From contig CAXXYE010000004.1 in NCBI GenBank assembly GCA_963674865.2, positions 448,001-512,000 on the forward strand: a stretch of 64,000 nucleotides of DNA, written 5' to 3'. The DNA comes from Candidatus Hydrogenedentota bacterium (GTDB taxonomy: Bacteria > Hydrogenedentota > Hydrogenedentia > Hydrogenedentales > SLHB01). Positions 62,744-64,000 of the stretch are shown piece by piece. The notes below the pieces were generated by a model. That model was given only the letters and a program-made list of their open reading frames with translations, was not told the DNA's origin and searched no databases. Numbering within the stretch: position 1 is the first letter of the stretch; each line of letters starts with the position of its first letter. Made by a program: the position numbers and the translations under genes.

Positions 62744-63823
62744 CTATCGGCGATCCAACGTAAGCTGGTTGCGGAGCAGGTTCAGGCTGACTCGGACACG
62801 CTCGGCAAGCACCTCGCCCACCCCTTCGACGGCAACGAGGTCATCCTTTGGCGCGCGCATGATCTGTTGGAAGGTACCGAAGCGCTCAATTAGACTCTCG
62901 ATAATCTGGCCGGATAGACGATGAGTCTGGGTGAGCAACCGGTGGCCGCGCGGTGAAAGGTAGGTGTCCACGCTACGCAGATTAGGGCCGTATCCCAAAG
63001 CCTGAGAGATACTGCCCAGGTTCAGTAGGTCATCCTTGGGAATTTCCCGTACCCGCTTGCGGATTTGCTCGAATTTCACGCGGCCTTTCTCGCGGTAGTA
63101 GTCTTTGATCACCATTTCCGCTTCTTCGACGGGAATGATCAACTCGCTGAGCTGCAGCTCGATGAGGCGCCCCTCAGTGCCCAGTTCCAGGATATACGGC
63201 TCGATCTCCTTGGCGATGCGAGCAACCATTTCGCAGCGCTGGATCGCTTTGCATACGTCGAAAATCGTCACCATATCCTGAAACTCTCGGACGCTCAAGT
63301 CCTGCGTCGATTGATTCAGCGCGACGATGTACTTCTCGAGCGTTTGGATAGCCTGCATAGCCTTGTTGAGAAGGGTCGGGATGCTGTCCATCACGTGGCG
63401 GTGATTCCCGACGTATAAAGTAACGCTTGAGCGCCGCTCGGACACCGCCACAACGATGCACTCGGCCTGGCGGGCCAGACGCTCCGCCGCCCGGTGCCGG
63501 GTGCCTGTCTCATTCGTAGGAATCGAGATATCCGGTGTCAGAAAACGATTGGCATAGGCGATTCGCCCACCGGTTTTGTCGAGAATGATCGCTCCGTCCA
63601 TCTTCGATAGCTCATACAAGAGCTGCGGCGTGCAAGGCGTGTCGACCTTGACGCCGCCCTCGGACAGTTCGGACAGGCGTTTCGGGTCGCCGATGCAGAG
63701 GAGGGCGCCTGTGCGGCTCTGTAGGATGGCCGATATCGCTTCCCGAATCATCGTGCCCGGTGAAATCATTAAAAGGGCTTCATCGAAGATATCCTTGCTT
63801 TTTGACTTCTTCTGCCTTGCCAT
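62744..63823 (-). CDS. disA: DNA integrity scanning diadenylate cyclase DisA
   Basis: ELSKMDGA, ETGTRHRAAER, C-terminal HhH VEGVGE; downstream of radA. Confidence 0.95.
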   Translation of the reverse strand: MARQKKSKSKDIFDEALLMISPGTMIREAISAILQSRTGALLCIGDPKRLSELSEGGVKVDTPCTPQLLYELSKMDGAIILDKTGGRIAYANRFLTPDISIPTNETGTRHRAAERLARQAECIVVAVSERRSSVTLYVGNHRHVMDSIPTLLNKAMQAIQTLEKYIVALNQSTQDLSVREFQDMVTIFDVCKAIQRCEMVARIAKEIEPYILELGTEGRLIELQLSELIIPVEEAEMVIKDYYREKGRVKFEQIRKRVREIPKDDLLNLGSISQALGYGPNLRSVDTYLSPRGHRLLTQTHRLSGQIIESLIERFGTFQQIMRAPKDDLVAVEGVGEVLAERVRVSLNLLRNQLTLDRR

Positions 63824-63828
63824 TGCCG

Positions 63829-64000
63829 CTAACTCCCCAAAGCCTGTTCAAGCGCCTCTGCCACATTGCCGACCGGCAGCAGTTCCACGGGGGTGAGCCC
63901 CACATGCTCCACACATCCCGCAGGTAGAATACACTTTGTGAAACCGAAGGTCGAGGCTTCCGCCATCCGCGGCCTTGCCATGTCAACCGCCCGTACTTCA
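63829..64000 (-). CDS. radA: DNA repair protein RadA, C-terminal fragment (runs off window end)
   Basis: Manual translation EVRAVDMARPRMAEASTFGFTKCILP..VAEALEQALGS*; conserved radA-disA order. Confidence 0.85.
   Translation of the reverse strand, partial: EVRAVDMARPRMAEASTFGFTKCILPAGCVEHVGLTPVELLPVGNVAEALEQALGS

Overview
High-GC bacterial chromosomal window with about 50 CDS, one tRNA-Pro(GGG), and no CRISPR array, integrase or transposase. The lineage cannot be read from the sequence, but long ECF sigma factors with C-terminal extensions, a sulfatase, GH2, BNR and YfhO proteins, RND, OmpA and disA fit a diderm Planctomycetota- or Hydrogenedentota-like organism (inference). Housekeeping blocks: mutL-miaA, radA-disA-pyrK-pyrD-pyrF-pyrE, merR-like gene plus tRNA-Pro, and mtlD-like/E2/E3. 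The best candidate for an undescribed system is a 1112-aa protein (39298-42636) fusing 2-oxoacid dehydrogenase E1alpha, E1beta, a lipoyl domain and a FabH/KAS III with an intact triad, which suggests CoA-independent channelling of a starter unit into fatty-acid initiation. Other leads: a bare class III cyclase paired with an ADP-ribosyltransferase-like/HEAT protein, solitary OLD-nuclease and TIR defence candidates, an RND transporter lacking the canonical proton-relay residues, two membrane-anchored ECFs, a sigma28-type promoter on a DUF5610-like gene near an orphan flgG-like gene, and several REP-like palindrome families. All calls come from motif reading by eye; no searches were run.
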